Of a stretch of 64,000 nucleotides of DNA, positions 27,801 to 41,200 are shown piece by piece. A program made the translations under genes and the position numbers. The DNA comes from Azolla caroliniana (taxonomy: Eukaryota; Plantae; Polypodiophyta), in NCBI GenBank assembly GCA_043228905.1, contig JBHGNT010000010.1, positions 16,802,001 to 16,866,000 of the forward strand, in the 5' to 3' direction. Position 1 is the stretch's first letter, and every line of letters begins with the position of its first letter. A model generated the notes under the pieces. The model ran no database searches. It was not told the DNA's origin and saw nothing but the letters and a program-made list of their open reading frames with translations.

Positions 27801-30800
27801 CTGAACATCCAGTCTATGTCATCATTATCAAACTTGCATCAAGAGAAAGATGGAAATCAACTGGAAAAAGAACCACAAAGAGAGGTAAGACTTAAAAAGA
27901 CCAGGGGAAAAGCATGGTATGTAAACCAAACGGAAATGTTTCTCGTTGCAGTCTTTATTTTAGATTACATTATATCTTGCTCACTTTGTCATTTCTCGGA
28001 TGACAGAGAATTGCATGTAACTGGTGCTGCCAGTGAAGTTCAATCATCAATTTCCTTTTCTTGGTCAAAACCTTCATAAAGAAGTGTAAATCTTGGCGGT
28101 TGGAGGTTGTTCAGGTCCTTTCTGATATGACTAGGAATTCCAGAAGAATGGGGATTCCAGTGGAGTTTAAACATCAATTTCTTTGCTGGGTTCCAAACCT
28201 CATTTTGACTGTAAATCGTGGATTTTGGAGGTCCGTGGGTTTTTTCTGGGATGATCATGGATTGCATGTGATTGGGCTTCCACTGATGTTCAAGAGTTGA
28301 TTTTCTTTGCTTGGTCCCAATTCTCATGAAGGGGTGTCAGGCTTGGAATTTGGAGGTCGCTCAGATCCTTTTAGGGATGACCAAGGATTGCATGTAATTT
28401 GCAAGTCTCGTGAAGTTCAAGTATTGATTTCCTTTCCTTGATCCTAAGCATCATTGAGAGGTGTAAAGATTGGAGTTTAGAGGTCACTCGGATCCTTTAT
28501 TGCACCATTGGATTTATTCGGCATACAAGATCTGAGCTTACAATGCCCCAGGGATCAAGTCAAGCATTCTAATCTGTTAAGCAAGTTGGTCTGCATACAT
28601 CTTCAAAGGTTGGTCATTGATTCTAAGCATCATCAAAAGGTGTAAATATTTGAGTTTGGAGGTCACTCGGATCCTTTCTGACACCATTGGTATTACCAGC
28701 CACACAAGATCTGCTCTTACAATTCCCCATGGATCAAGTCAAGCATTCTAATATGTTGAGAAAATTGGTCTGCATACATCTTCAAAGGTTGATCATTGAT
28801 CCAAAGCAACATTAAGAGGTGTAAAGATTGGAATTTGGTGGTCACTCAGATCCTTTCTGGCACCATTGGAGTTATCAGTCATACGAGATCTGAGCTTACA
28901 ATGCCCCAGGGATCAAGTCAAGAATTCTAATCTGTTGAGCAAATTGGTCTGCGTATATCTTTCAAAGGTTGATCATTCTCCCCTCAGGAGGTGAGTATTG
29001 TGTCTTCTACTTCGTAGTGGATTTTTTGTACATGCCCATAGTCTATTTTAAATGTGTTATGGGTCATGATAGATTGGATGTGATCATGTAAGAGGTAATG
29101 GCTCTCATGGCCTCCAGCATTGTAAGTTTTTAACGGCAAGTTTTCATTCATTAGAGGAATCATCTATCGGTTCAAAACTCAAATTGGTAACACCAAGTCC
29201 TCAATAAGGGTGATACGTCCACACCCTAGTCTAACAAGACCATGTTATAGTGGATTGCAATGGGATTAACAAACACGGGATGGGCCAATACAGGAGACAA
29301 GTCCTCAATAAGGGTGATACGTCCACACCCTAGTCTAACAAGACCATGTTATAGTGGATTGCAATGGGATTAACAAACACGGGATGGGCCAATACAGGAG
29401 ACTTGAAGAGAGACAGCCTGCAAAAAAAAAAAAAAATCCTCTCTACAACAAAAGAGGACACAAGCAGTGGAGGTCCAATTGGAGAAAACGAGCTAGCGGC
29501 CTTTAATGTCTCGTTTCTCTCCTCTGCTTCTAACTAGGAATTGTATGGTTGTTCAAACCTCAAGATTAGAAGTTATGGCACACTTTAAGCTTTGGTAAGA
29601 CTGTTTCCAAATCCAAAGACAATCATGCTATGACCATTAAAACAACCGTATTAATGGAGTTGTGTATGCCAAAGATAGGTCATGGATGACTGTCCGATCG
29701 GCCACAGTCTGGACAGCAATTATATGACATGAACTTATGGTTATCCGTATTAAAACGCCAGCAGCCTTATGGTACACTCTCTCATCTCTTGTTGTTTCAT
29801 CTTACAACCTGCTATGGCATCTCGTTACCAGTAGGATATCCATGTCAGCAACATATTGTGTAGGTCTTCAACCAGAATGTTTCTTTCTGATTATAATGTT
29901 GCAAATGATACTTTCTACCAGTCCTCCATATGTTTTCATCATGTTCATCATGGAATTTCATCATGTTGCACGACATGTTCAGACAATGTATCACTTCCCC
30001 AGCTTATCCTGTTTCTCTATCCTATGCAACCCATAAAGGATTCCTTCACCCTTCACACAAAATGGCATATATTTATCATTGTAAATTGGTAATCTCTCGG
30101 CTTCTAGCTGAGGCTGATCTTAGCTCTTAAACAAAATAACACGGATCAGCCCCACAACATCTCTTAGTAGGAAGATGGCCCACTATAAGACACTTGTACA
30201 GACATTGGAGGATTATGGACATATATCTGTCCTATGTGATGCACAGTGTGATAGGGTTGTTGCAAACTTCTTCACATCAGTTGGACATTGAGGTAGGTAG
30301 ATATGCACAAATACCTATAGAAGAGAGAATTATCCAATTGTGACATCAGGGAGTGGAATCTGATGAGCACTATGTTTGTCATTGTGCTCTTTTCTATGAA
30401 ATAAGGGGAGATAAGATTGCCTCTTTAAGCAAGGCTTTAATTCACTACACAAGGTAATGGAATATGGAGACCAACAGCATTTGGGGCTTTTCTTGCTAGA
30501 ACTCATGAGACACCAAGAGAAGTTTTTGACAGACAACAACATAGCCACACAAGCTCATCAACAAAGGACAATCACAACTTTCTTTAACCCCATCATTGCA
30601 CTCATGCTACAAGTCAGTAAAGCACTACACAAATGGGATTGCAACCAGGACATTGCAAAGGGGTTATGATCAATTGCGCAATGGCAATTTGTCGTACACA
30701 TAGGCCCCTTCCTTGTGAACCATGATCTCACCACCCTTGTCATTGACAAATAAAGGCCATCATCTCCTGGCATGGTAGTGCTTCCCTCGCTTCAGACACC

Positions 30801-33155
30801 TCTCCATTGTGGATCGACCTATGCACAATGTATCTGACTTGAGAATCTTACATGTATCGATGACGAGATTCTTTAGTCAGGTCTTAATTATACTTCTGAT
30901 TATTATTATTTTTTAGTTACATTTATTTTGGTTTGTTGTCCTCAAAGATGAGAGAACATTTTAAGATGTAATCTCTTGTTTGGTCTTATCAGCCATTTTG
31001 GCCTCTTAAGAGACGTTAATATTTCTTTCTTTCTTTCTTTCTATCTCCTGCTTGCCCATCATTGCATGAAATCTTGTACACAACCTTATTTCATGAATAA
31101 AAGTGCAAGTGGATGTTAAATGACTGCAAAGCTTTATATTCTGAAGCACCTCATTATTTATGATTAAACACTTTGTTTTTAACAAAGTTTAATACTGGAC
31201 AAAAGGACATAATTCTATAGACAATCAAATCTTTGTGCTGAATAGATATATGCACCTAGCATATAATAAGGGAAAGAAATGAGGAATAAACAACAAATAA
31301 AATACAAGACATATTGATCCTTGAATGGACATGATAAAGAAAAAGGTGGAGAAAGAAACCTGTGCAAAACCCAATTGTCATGGAGATGCTTTACTCCATC
31401 AAACAGTTGTAGCATCAAGCATTTAACCTCACTCTGGCTAAATGGCTGTTTTATACTTTCCATAAGACCCTTCAAATCATGTTCCATGTATTCCATAACC
31501 ATAAAAATGCTGTCCAAATTACTGCCAACAACAACTTCTTTGACATCCACAATTGAAGGATGATGAATTGAAAGCAAAACATTAATCTCTCTAAGAGATG
31601 TCATGGGAAATCCCTCTCTCTCTTTTTCCATCTTCACTTTTTTCAGAGCAACTATTTCCCCTGTTTTTTTGTCTCTAGCTCTATATACAACACCATAAGT
31701 ACCTTCATCAATCTTATTTAGTCTCTCAAACTCATCCACGCTTCTACAGCCTTGTAGCATGTCTATTAATCTTTGTGGAGGAACAGGTACTGCTGGAGAT
31801 TCTTCTTCTTCAGAATCCACCTCAGGGCGCTCTTCTTCTTCACTATCATCATTTGTATCCTTATCAAGTTCCATCAATTCTCTATTGTTCAAGTCCCTCT
31901 CATACTCATCACTCATGTGGCCATCATAGTCTTTAATCAAATTGCCTCTCCCTGTCTCTCCTAATTCCGATTTTTCTTTGATATACTCTCCTGGCTCAGG
32001 TGACATACTATCTTCACCATCCCTGCCCCCGCCCCCGCCCCCGCCCCCTTCATCATCTGTTGATAAGCGTCCACCGTCATCACTTTCCGTACTCAAAGAC
32101 TTTGATTTGCCTGCCATAACTGCTACATTGTCATCACGAGAAGGTGTGCTTTCTTCTGCCCATCTAGAAGTCGCAATATTAATGCGAGGAGCAGGGGCCA
32201 TGTCCATATCTACATCTTTAACTTGCCCAAGACTATGTCCTTGTGAACCATCTGGAGACTGAACACTCCTATGTGCATTCTCCTTGGTTCTCTCTACATT
32301 GTTCTCGGCATCAAAAGGTGAAACAACAGTACGTTCGGGGGAGGGAGTATACAAGCTATCTCTCGAGGTTTCGATTCGAGTCTTTGTAACCCTGATTTGG
32401 GTTGTTTTCAAGATTGATAAAGAATGTTCAGATGAGCCCACTCTTGAAGTTGCTATTCTAGTCCTCGTAAGCCCAATTTGGGTTGTTTGCAAGCCCACTA
32501 AAGAAGGCGATTTTGCAACAACGGAAGCATGGGGAGTAGAGGAGCTTTTGGGTGGGGTCGAGGTCATTTCAGAGGAACTTTTGGGCGGCGTAGAAGTCCT
32601 CTGCAAGGAGATGTTTGATGGTGTCTCTCGAGAAGTATTAGTTACTGGAGAAGTTCTTTGCTCAGTATTTTGTTGCTGCTTAGGGTTGGCTAACATCGGT
32701 GGAGGTGGCGGGGGTAACGGTAAAGTTACAGGTAAAGGTAAGGGTAAGGTTGGAGCTGAGGTTTTCTGAGTTGCTTTCTCATCAAGATCCCACACTATAG
32801 GTGTGAATTTCCTCTTCTTTTGCACTGGACTCAAGCTTAATCTATTCTCTTGAATTCTTTCTCTCTCTACTGAAACAGACCCGTGTTTGGATGAAACCCT
32901 AGTAGAGGTCTTTTCTTCATCTAACCCTAAATTTGTCGAGTCTTCAGGTACACTTCCACTCGAAAGCTCCCCAGGTTCTCTGTCGGAGCTATGATTCCCT
33001 TGACCAGAGACAGGGCTAACACTAAGAGAGTCTTCTTCACTTGAGGAAACAGAAGAAACCCTAAAACTAATTCTATCAGAGCCTCTAACTTTGTCAGGAG
33101 CCCTGGATTTGTCAAGCGCCTTAGTGGGTCCTGCCACTTCTCTGTTGCCTTTCAT
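24850..33155 (-). CDS. CDKG: Cyclin-dependent kinase G (CDK11/PITSLRE-like). Exons 33155-31360, 27623-27495, 27406-27271, 26186-26098, 26003-25892, 25794-25688, 24949-24850
   Basis: [40 protein letters not shown] cyclin motif, [28 protein letters not shown]-terminal MKSPDPL..GGLFG*; long disordered N-terminus with [11 protein letters not shown]. Confidence 0.95.
28010..28980. repeat. Tandem array in CDKG intron 1: ~125-bp degenerate units, then 3 x ~180-bp units
   Basis: ggtcactc.gatcctt at ~28482, 28661 and 28840; ggatcaagtcaag.attctaat three times. Confidence 0.8.
29194..29402. repeat. Perfect tandem duplication, 2 x 104 bp
   Basis: caagtcctcaataagggtg...aatacaggagac at 29194 and 29298. 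Confidence 0.9.
29440..30850 (-). mobile_element. Highly degenerate LINE-like remnant in CDKG intron 1
   Basis: CPDCG..H zf-RVT-like motif on the minus strand near 29690-29725; many stops. Confidence 0.3.
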
Positions 33156-33180
33156 CTTGACTCTGCCAGTGAATGCTTCT

Positions 33181-33345
33181 TCAGGGTAGTCCGTATGTTT
33201 TGGGAGAGTATGGGCGATAGCGTCGGTGGTGGTGAGAACAAGTAGAGGAGGGAGGTATGGAGCTTACCTTGAGTCGACAAGAAGAAGCAGAAGAAGAAGC
33301 AGAAGAAGAAGAAGCAGAAGCAGAGATCTGTTGAGCATGGGCCAT
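33181..33345 (-). other. 54-aa upstream ORF in the CDKG leader (plus a 7-aa uORF at 33351-33374)
   Basis: ATG 33345 to TGA 33181: [54 protein letters not shown]; ends 25 nt before the main ATG. Confidence 0.55.
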
Positions 33346-33454
33346 GGGAATTAGTCCTGCTGCTCCCCCGCCATGGATAGTGGTGGGTCACGACAGATCA
33401 AAACTCAGACTCAGGGGAGAGGGAAGGGTGTTAAGCCCACCGGAAAAGAACAGA

Positions 33455-33455
33455 G

Positions 33456-33502
<47 letters not shown>

Positions 33503-33513
33503 GGAAAAGCTTC

Positions 33514-33544
<31 letters not shown>

Positions 33545-33590
33545 GCCCGGAAAAGCTTCTCTCTCTCTCTCTGCCTGGAAAAGCTTAACA
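33455..33590. promoter_or_regulatory. GA/CT tracts interleaved with 3 copies of ctgcc(t/c)ggaaaagctt in the CDKG promoter/5' region
   Basis: Direct repeats at ~33496, 33543 and 33571 separated by (CT)n. Confidence 0.45.
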
Positions 33591-34379
33591 TATGTATGTA
33601 CATATAACAAGGTCATTTTGTGTCATTGGGAGCTCTAAGGCTCCTCTAGGCCACCACACGACACACGACACACGACACCGCCTTGTTCATTTGTGGCCGA
33701 ATTCCTCTCTCTAATCACCCTCAAAGCCCCCAGCCGATTCCCATATCCGATGATGCCATTTGATTATGCATGCCCCTAGGCCTCTGGACTGAACCCCACC
33801 ACCAGCTACCCAACCAGCCAGCATGTAGATGATTCCTGATAGCATCCCCCCCCCCCCCCCTCCATGCCCACACTTTGTCTGTGCCTCAACTCACTTATCT
33901 GGTTGCGCGCTCCATGACTTTGGTTGTACCTGCAGCCAACTGCCCCTGGAACAAAAAGAATCGTGTACTCAGTATTGCTCTTTTGTGGATGAGAGCACAT
34001 GGGTGGTTTACTCCCCGTGTGTGATGTGTCGCCACTTGCCCTTCCACTGATAATGGCATTGGTTGAGCTTGCTTAAGCAATTCACGTAGCCATTGACCTC
34101 TTCGCTAACTGATTCTGAGTAGGCACTCCATGACACAAGCAAAAGCCATCAACCCCCCCCCATGAGATCACACATGTAGAGTCGCGATCAATACACATGG
34201 CGGTTGAAACCCCATTCCGATAGTCCTGATTGATACCTGTGGTGGTTGAAACTCCATTCTAACAAGTGATTTTCATACAACAGTTGTGGAGTCGCTCCTC
34301 ATATTGTGGACCATGGTTTTGGTACAACGTGGGCTTCTATTAGTGGAGTGTCGAAATCCCCATTTCAATGGGTGTTTGA

Positions 34380-34731
34380 CAATGTGCAATTGGCAATGCC
34401 TTTTGCACATTTTGAGATGGCCTTTTGAATATTCAGGGCATTGGGGATTATGGCACAATTGGTGAATATGAAATGCCTTTGTCTTTTATGTTCAATATGG
34501 AGCTCAAGGACACATTCAATTATTGGAAACTTCTAGGACTTTATCATAGTAGGAATTAGGCATTTGTAGCCCTGCAAGGCATCATTTATCGTTTGCATTG
34601 GCCTTTATCACATGAAACTATACAGATCATAACAATATACCAAGACAACCCTCATTGATTTTGTGGTGAGCCAATAGAATATCATATCACGTCTATTGTA
34701 ATTCAACTTTCATAATCATTACTATTTGCAA

Positions 34732-34787
<56 letters not shown>

Positions 34788-35896
34788 AAGGGTTTAACAC
34801 ATGGGAGGACAATGATTAAGGCTTCATGGTGGCAATTACTAAATGGATGTATTTCACTTCGGATTCCGGGCTCTTCATGTATTCAACACTTGATTACTTC
34901 ATGGCAAGAAGCACCCTTGTTATGTGTATGGAAACCATCATCAAGTAGAGAGCATTGTAATTCTTTGCAAAAAGAGTTACTCGTGTCTTCTTGGTTATTA
35001 TGTTGGCCAGGAAAGGAGAGATTGCGCTTTCAATTTAATCGTTTGTTTCGTTTGGGGGTCAAAGAGGTGGGAGATATAGTTGAGGCTCCATCTCAAAGAA
35101 TTTTGGAGTTTGTTGAAGCGCAACAATTATAATGCATCCCGCCTAATTATGGGTTTATTTGACAACAACTACAAAATATGGCATTGATGCAAGGTCCCTT
35201 GCCTCTACAAATAGGAGAACAATCGTAGATTGATTGGTGTTTACGGGGTCAAACGACATTGTTACAAGTGACTACTAATCTTTTGTATCATTGCTCTATT
35301 GAGTCTCTTGGATGGCTATCATCTAAGGTTGAAGAAGAATGGAAAATACACAAATCTTGGGTGGTGGCTGAGCTTACAACGTAGTTGACATTCTAAATTG
35401 CCACTTGTGGCAAAGGTCTTCATTTGGAGAGTTTTAATTGGAGGATTGCCTTTGGGATTAGCTCTAAAGAGTCGTGGACTAGTAACAGGTAATTGCTTTT
35501 TTGCTCTGTTCAAATCATAGTTCCTAATATTCGCGTACGTCCAATTTACTGGACGTACGCGTACGTTTGCAAACGTACGCGTATGATACGCGATATTCGT
35601 TTGGCTTTTTTTTTTTTTTTGACTTTTTTTGGGTTTTTTTTTTTTTTGATATTCATAATATTTTGTGAATAGAAGTGACATCTGACACACATACACACAC
35701 TCTCTCTCTCTCTCACACGAGAATTGACAGATTTTCTCTCTCTACAAAATCTAGATATCTAATATACATATTACATACTCCCTCACACAGACAAAACCCA
35801 TAGCTCCTCTCTCTCTCTCTCTCTAGAGTCTAGATATACACTCAATCACTGTCTCCTCACACATGCAAAACAGGGCTTCTCTCTCTAGACCACACA

Positions 35897-35931
<35 letters not shown>

Positions 35932-36800
35932 CCTCACACACACACACACTATGTACACCATATACACCATATGTATATATAATATATCTATGTACCGCGT
36001 ATGGATTTCAATCATACTTGGAGCCTTTTCACGTATGAGTATGATACGAATATTGGCGTTTGAGTATGACACGAATGGGACGTATGGCTAGAACTATGGT
36101 TCAAATGAAAGATAGTACTAATCGATTTATACAATGTCCGATTGCTTGTCAGATTTGCAGTTACATTTCTCAAATTTGGTAAGTTTTATCACGGTGTTAT
36201 TTGACACCTAGACAAGTGGGTGTTTGCACAATTTACACGGGTTGACCCAAAATCAGAGATGGAGATATTGGGGATTGCGTCATAATTGGAACATGCACGA
36301 CGCTTTTGTATTCGATAGTAGACATGGACTGAAAGCAAATCTACGAAAGTTGAAGGGAGTACTAATGTAGCAATTCTCTTTATTGGAGCAAGTGGAAATT
36401 CTTTCCTCAGTGGAGTGTTCGTCTTGCCTATTGGCAATTCAACATGTTCCGCTACCCATGCAGTGTAGTTAGTGGGTGACCATACTCCATTGTCACACCC
36501 ATTGTAAGTAGTGTTTTTTACACACTTTTATTAATATAATTGTGTGTTTTCACTATCTTCCTTCCGTTGGGTGTTTGCACACATGGAGAACAATGAATTG
36601 ATGACTCATTTCCAAATTATTTTTGAGTTCTCGAGGTGTTGGTGGCTATGATCCAATTGGAATATGCAGAATGCCTTCACTTTTGATTCCCAAATTGGGG
36701 TGCGAAAATATGTTGTAAAGTTAAAAGGACTTCATTTGTGGCGATTGACAATGCTGGAGAAGCCATGAAATCTCAATCGTGAAGAGACAAAAATCTACAA
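34380..36800 (+). mobile_element. Degenerate MULE/SWIM-type transposon remnant, interrupted by (AG)n and a MITE
   Basis: Broken coding-like sequence with C-x-C..F and W..C(E/K)N SWIM-like motifs near 36660-36715; no intact ORF. Confidence 0.3.
35516..36098. mobile_element. hAT-type MITE
   Basis: TIR CATAGTTC...GAACTATG, subterminal tacgtcc/ggacgta, perfect 8-bp TSD gttcaaat at 35508-35515 and 36099-36106. Confidence 0.85.
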
Positions 36801-36989
36801 GGTCACATATAATCATATTCACCATTTGAATTGGTGTGTAGGGTGGCATTTAGTTTGGAGTCATAGTAGTATTTAGATCCTTAGATGGGTTCTATACTTA
36901 GTAGTAAGTTAGTCATGGTGGTGTTTTTTTCTTCCGTAATGATAGCCATTATTTACAAAGAGAGAGAGAGTATTACCATCATCAAAGGC

Positions 36990-37295
36990 TGAATATGGCT
37001 TATCGGAAATTTGTGGGGAATATTTTGGTCGATTTCCCAAACAAATTAATCACAAAGTTATTTTATTTAACATGACTAATTTCAATAGAAGGTGACACAA
37101 GTTCTTGGATTATAAGTTCATAGATAAACAAGGTAATGCAAATATGGCTTATCCAAAATTTGTGGAGGACATTTTGGTTGACTTCCCATGCAAAGTAATC
37201 ACAAAGTTATCTTACTTAGCATGACTCATTTCATTGAAGGTGATGTAAGCTCATTCTTGGATTATAACTTCACACATAAATAAGGTGATGCAAAT
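36990..37295. repeat. Diverged tandem duplication ~150 bp
   Basis: aatatggcttatc..aatttgtgg..aatcacaaagtta..catgact..ttcttggattataa twice. Confidence 0.75.
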
Positions 37296-38239
37296 AAAAC
37301 CTATTATCAATAAGAAGCCACATATGACCTTCCATGTTTCATGAAAGGTAAATGCTAGCAAAAATGTTAATGGATAACAATTTCATGTTCCCCACAATGA
37401 CGTAAAGAAATTGAAAAAATATTGCTATATTAGTCATATAAATTTAGGATTGTTCTCGATTCATATTGTACTACTACCAATATCCTTTTTCTCATGGCAG
37501 GATATGCACTAGTAAATCATTAAAAGTCCCAAGGCTAATGATAGCATCAGACCAAGTGATTTAAAATCAAATTAAGCCAAGGATGACCAGTCATCTCAAT
37601 AGGAAATTTGAGCCAACGAAACAAAATACCCAAGTAGAATTGATCAACATGAAACTATCATAATTCAGGATGATTTTTAATTTCAATAAACCAAACAACA
37701 ACCACTTTGTCTAGTGAATGGGATATATTACAGGTCAAGGCAACAGAAAAACCCAGAAATTTCAGAAACATCCAGAACATAAATCACAACAGTATACTGA
37801 CCCACTAACAGCATCAGATGTTGAATACATAACGGCCATGTCATCAGTCATCAGCCATCAGATGGAAATAATTGACATGATTCATAAATTTTACAAACAC
37901 TTGCCTAATTTGTGTACATGGATCATTATTAATTTTTGGGAATTGCAACTAGTTAATGCACTATTAAAAAAACAAATCTCATTTTCCTTGTCTTTTTACG
38001 AATCTTAACACGATACAGATTGATATAAAGATTGAATGTTCAATCAACAATTATGGTTTTTATGCAAAACTTATGACACAGAAGAGCCAAGATTTTTGCT
38101 TTAAAACCCTCAGATTTTGTGAAGTCCAACTCTCCAAGCTTTCCTCTAAAGGTTTTAGGGACAAAATCAACCTTCATCACTTTACAGCAGAAGTAAAAGG
38201 TTTACATGGAATAAGTTCAAGTTTATGGCATTTTGTTTC

Positions 38240-41200
38240 TCATTTCTTCCCTCCAGAGGACACATTGAACTTGAAAAATATGATATCTCCATCCTGGACA
38301 ACATATGTCTTCCCTTCTTGTTTATACTTCCCAGCAGCCTGCCCAAACAAATACCATGAAGCAAAGTAAAAATCCTAAGAATTAGTTTTATATAAATATA
38401 CTTGCTGTGCTTTGTTTGTAATCTATTGCAAAATATTACTATTCACATGTCTTTGTTACACCATATATATGACCACATCAGTGTATCGAACTAATGAACT
38501 CATCTACTCCAACCAGTTGTCACAGCCATCTCTCTCTCTCTCTCTAACCAATACTATTTCTGACTCAAAAAAAGTACCAATAATTCATTACCTTTACAGC
38601 GGCCTCTGATCCCAACTCTTTTAGGTCCTCAAATTTCATAACCTGAAGAATTTCAGTCTTATTTTTAGTTGTGAAACGGTGGGGGGCATTACACAAATCA
38701 TCACAAAACAAAACTATATTGTTAAATGCTAACTTCAGTGGCTTGTTCTAATAATGGTTTGGAATGACATTATTACCTCAGCACAAATAAATCCCTTCTC
38801 AAAATCGGTGTGGATGGCTCCTGCAGCCTGAGGAGCCTTTGTTTGCTTCCTAATCTGCCAGCACTTCACCTACAAATACAATGTTTACGATTTACTGTTC
38901 ACCTACTATCCAATGTTTAGAGTTTCGGATTTTTTGGCGTAGGGTTTCAGGTTTAGGTTTAATCGAGAAATCCAATGTTTATAGTTTAAACATATATATC
39001 TGCTTCAGCTTCCTTCATCAATAACAAATCGATTTCCAAATATGGATTCTTCCTCTCCTTTGCTTTTGAAGTTTTAACAAGGCATACATCAAAACTTATT
39101 TAGTTTTAGGCATGATTTTATTATTCAAGGAGTCTATCAAATGAGGCATTGTGCTATATTTATCATATGGGAAAACACCAAAATACCCCTCTGTAGCAGT
39201 AATGTTTGGAAGACCAAGGGTTATTCTGGTGATTTTGAAAAACTAAGCAATATTCCAGTAAACATCCAACATGTTTGGGGCTATTCAGGTGTTTCGCCCT
39301 ACATATATCATAAGCTTCAAGACCAAAGACTTAAAAGAAGGTACCTCATCTGGCCCTGCAGTGAAGAAATAAATCAAATTGATGGCTGAAAACCCTGTCT
39401 TGATTATCTTTGGAAGTGCACTGCCATTCAGTTAATACAAAAAACATGAAATTTTTTCAATGTGTGATTTAAATAAAGAACACAGGATGAGGACTTATGA
39501 TACACAACCATTTCCAACATTTGTTTTAAATAACCGTTTGATCCAAAGAACCTTCTTAACAATTGAAAGATATACAACAATTTCCCATGTGTTCAAAAAT
39601 TTGAACAAACCATATTACTGATCATAAAATTCATCTCGCCATGTACATAATGTAATACCAAATATTATAACGAAAAAAATTTCTGGTGGATAGAAACTCA
39701 CCTTTGCAACTGATTTTCTTTGCAATAAACAGCAGCCTCATCGTCAGGCATGTCAGCCAGCTTCTGCTCAAAGACTCCGCTGAATGGGATAATCAACTCA
39801 CCCCCATGTTCTTGCACCCTAGGGTTAGAAAGATAGAAGAAGAGTATAAAACAACCCTACCTGAATATGAGCACTATATGCATTCAAACAGTTAAACCTT
39901 AAAATGGACTCATCATCATCACTACCATCCATGTATCTTTGGAAGCCATTTGTTCTTCTTCCGTTGGTAGTCTTTCTCTGTCATGTTCACCTATTTTGAT
40001 ATGCAATAAAGACTTATGCTGAAGCGAGTGTACGTAGAAACATAATAAATAAGACAGTCTCTTATAAGCAAGAAACAATTGGAAATTTGAGCTGTGATAT
40101 TGAATATCGTAAACAAAAGATAGCAATGCCTAACCAGGTAGATGACTGGTTTTGCAGATAATAATTGAAAACCATTCAAAAACTCTATCTCAGCTGTTTT
40201 CCAATCTCCAAGTCTCACATCGTGTCCATCTTTCAGTGTCTCTTCAACCTAAAACAAATATAGATTTTGAGCATAATGAAGCACAGAACAATTTGATCCT
40301 CATGAATCATAACCTGCATAAGAAAACGATACTTTTTATTACCTTTTTGCAGCACTCAAGTTCTAGCTTTAACTGTTTGTCATTGCTCCGCTTCAATGCC
40401 TTTTCAATATCCTCAATTCTTCTTGACATAAACTCCAGATCCTAAAAAAGAATTTACAATTGAACATAAGGCAATATAATTCACAGATGCATTTCACGTC
40501 TCTCCAGACTAACATGGAAACATTTGCATAACAAACACATATTGGTAACTGTGATAAAAATTTGGTAGTTCTCCATCTGTTAGACTATTGATAACTAATT
40601 TTTTGAAATATTGCATGCCAACTTTATTGCAGATAAAAACAGCACAATCCCCTAATCAACAAAATGTTTGATTGCAAGAAAAATACTTGGCAGGACAAGA
40701 AACATCATTTAAATATAAGAAATGATAATGATGTTCAAGATTAAGCTAATATTTACAGTTGAAAGCACCACAATAACCCTAACCAACAAAATGTTTGATT
40801 GCAGGACAAGAAACGTCATTTAAAGGAAATAACACTATATACTTATTGCACACATTGACGTATATGAGTTCCTATGGCATGAATTGGTTTCTACAGCAAC
40901 TCCACTACATCAACTCATCAAGCATGTATCAAATATGTACTCACTTTACATTTAGTATCCTATCAATTTACACAAAAGTATTACCAGAACAGCATTCTCA
41001 AGCACCCAATAAATAAGGCTAATAATTCCAAATGAAACTATTACCTTCAAACGCAACTCCTCTGTAATAATCTCCAAGTCTCTAATTGGATCCACAGTAT
41101 CGTCTACATGGATAACTTCGGGATCATCAAAAGCCCCTACATTCAATGAATATACCTTTAAGTTACAAAAGCAGTTTCTACAAGACATCTTGTCTCAAAG

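Noticed and set aside
28010-29402. CRISPR-like repeat array
   Set aside because: Long degenerate units without unique spacers; eukaryotic intron; no cas genes
4405-31030. The ~95-bp intronic repeat as a snoRNA
   Set aside because: Opposite orientation relative to the two host genes and no clear C/D or H/ACA boxes
31321-32769. Plus-strand ORFs over CDKG exon 1 (likewise those over the coiled-coil gene at 52250-53373)
   Set aside because: Antisense shadows of real coding sequence
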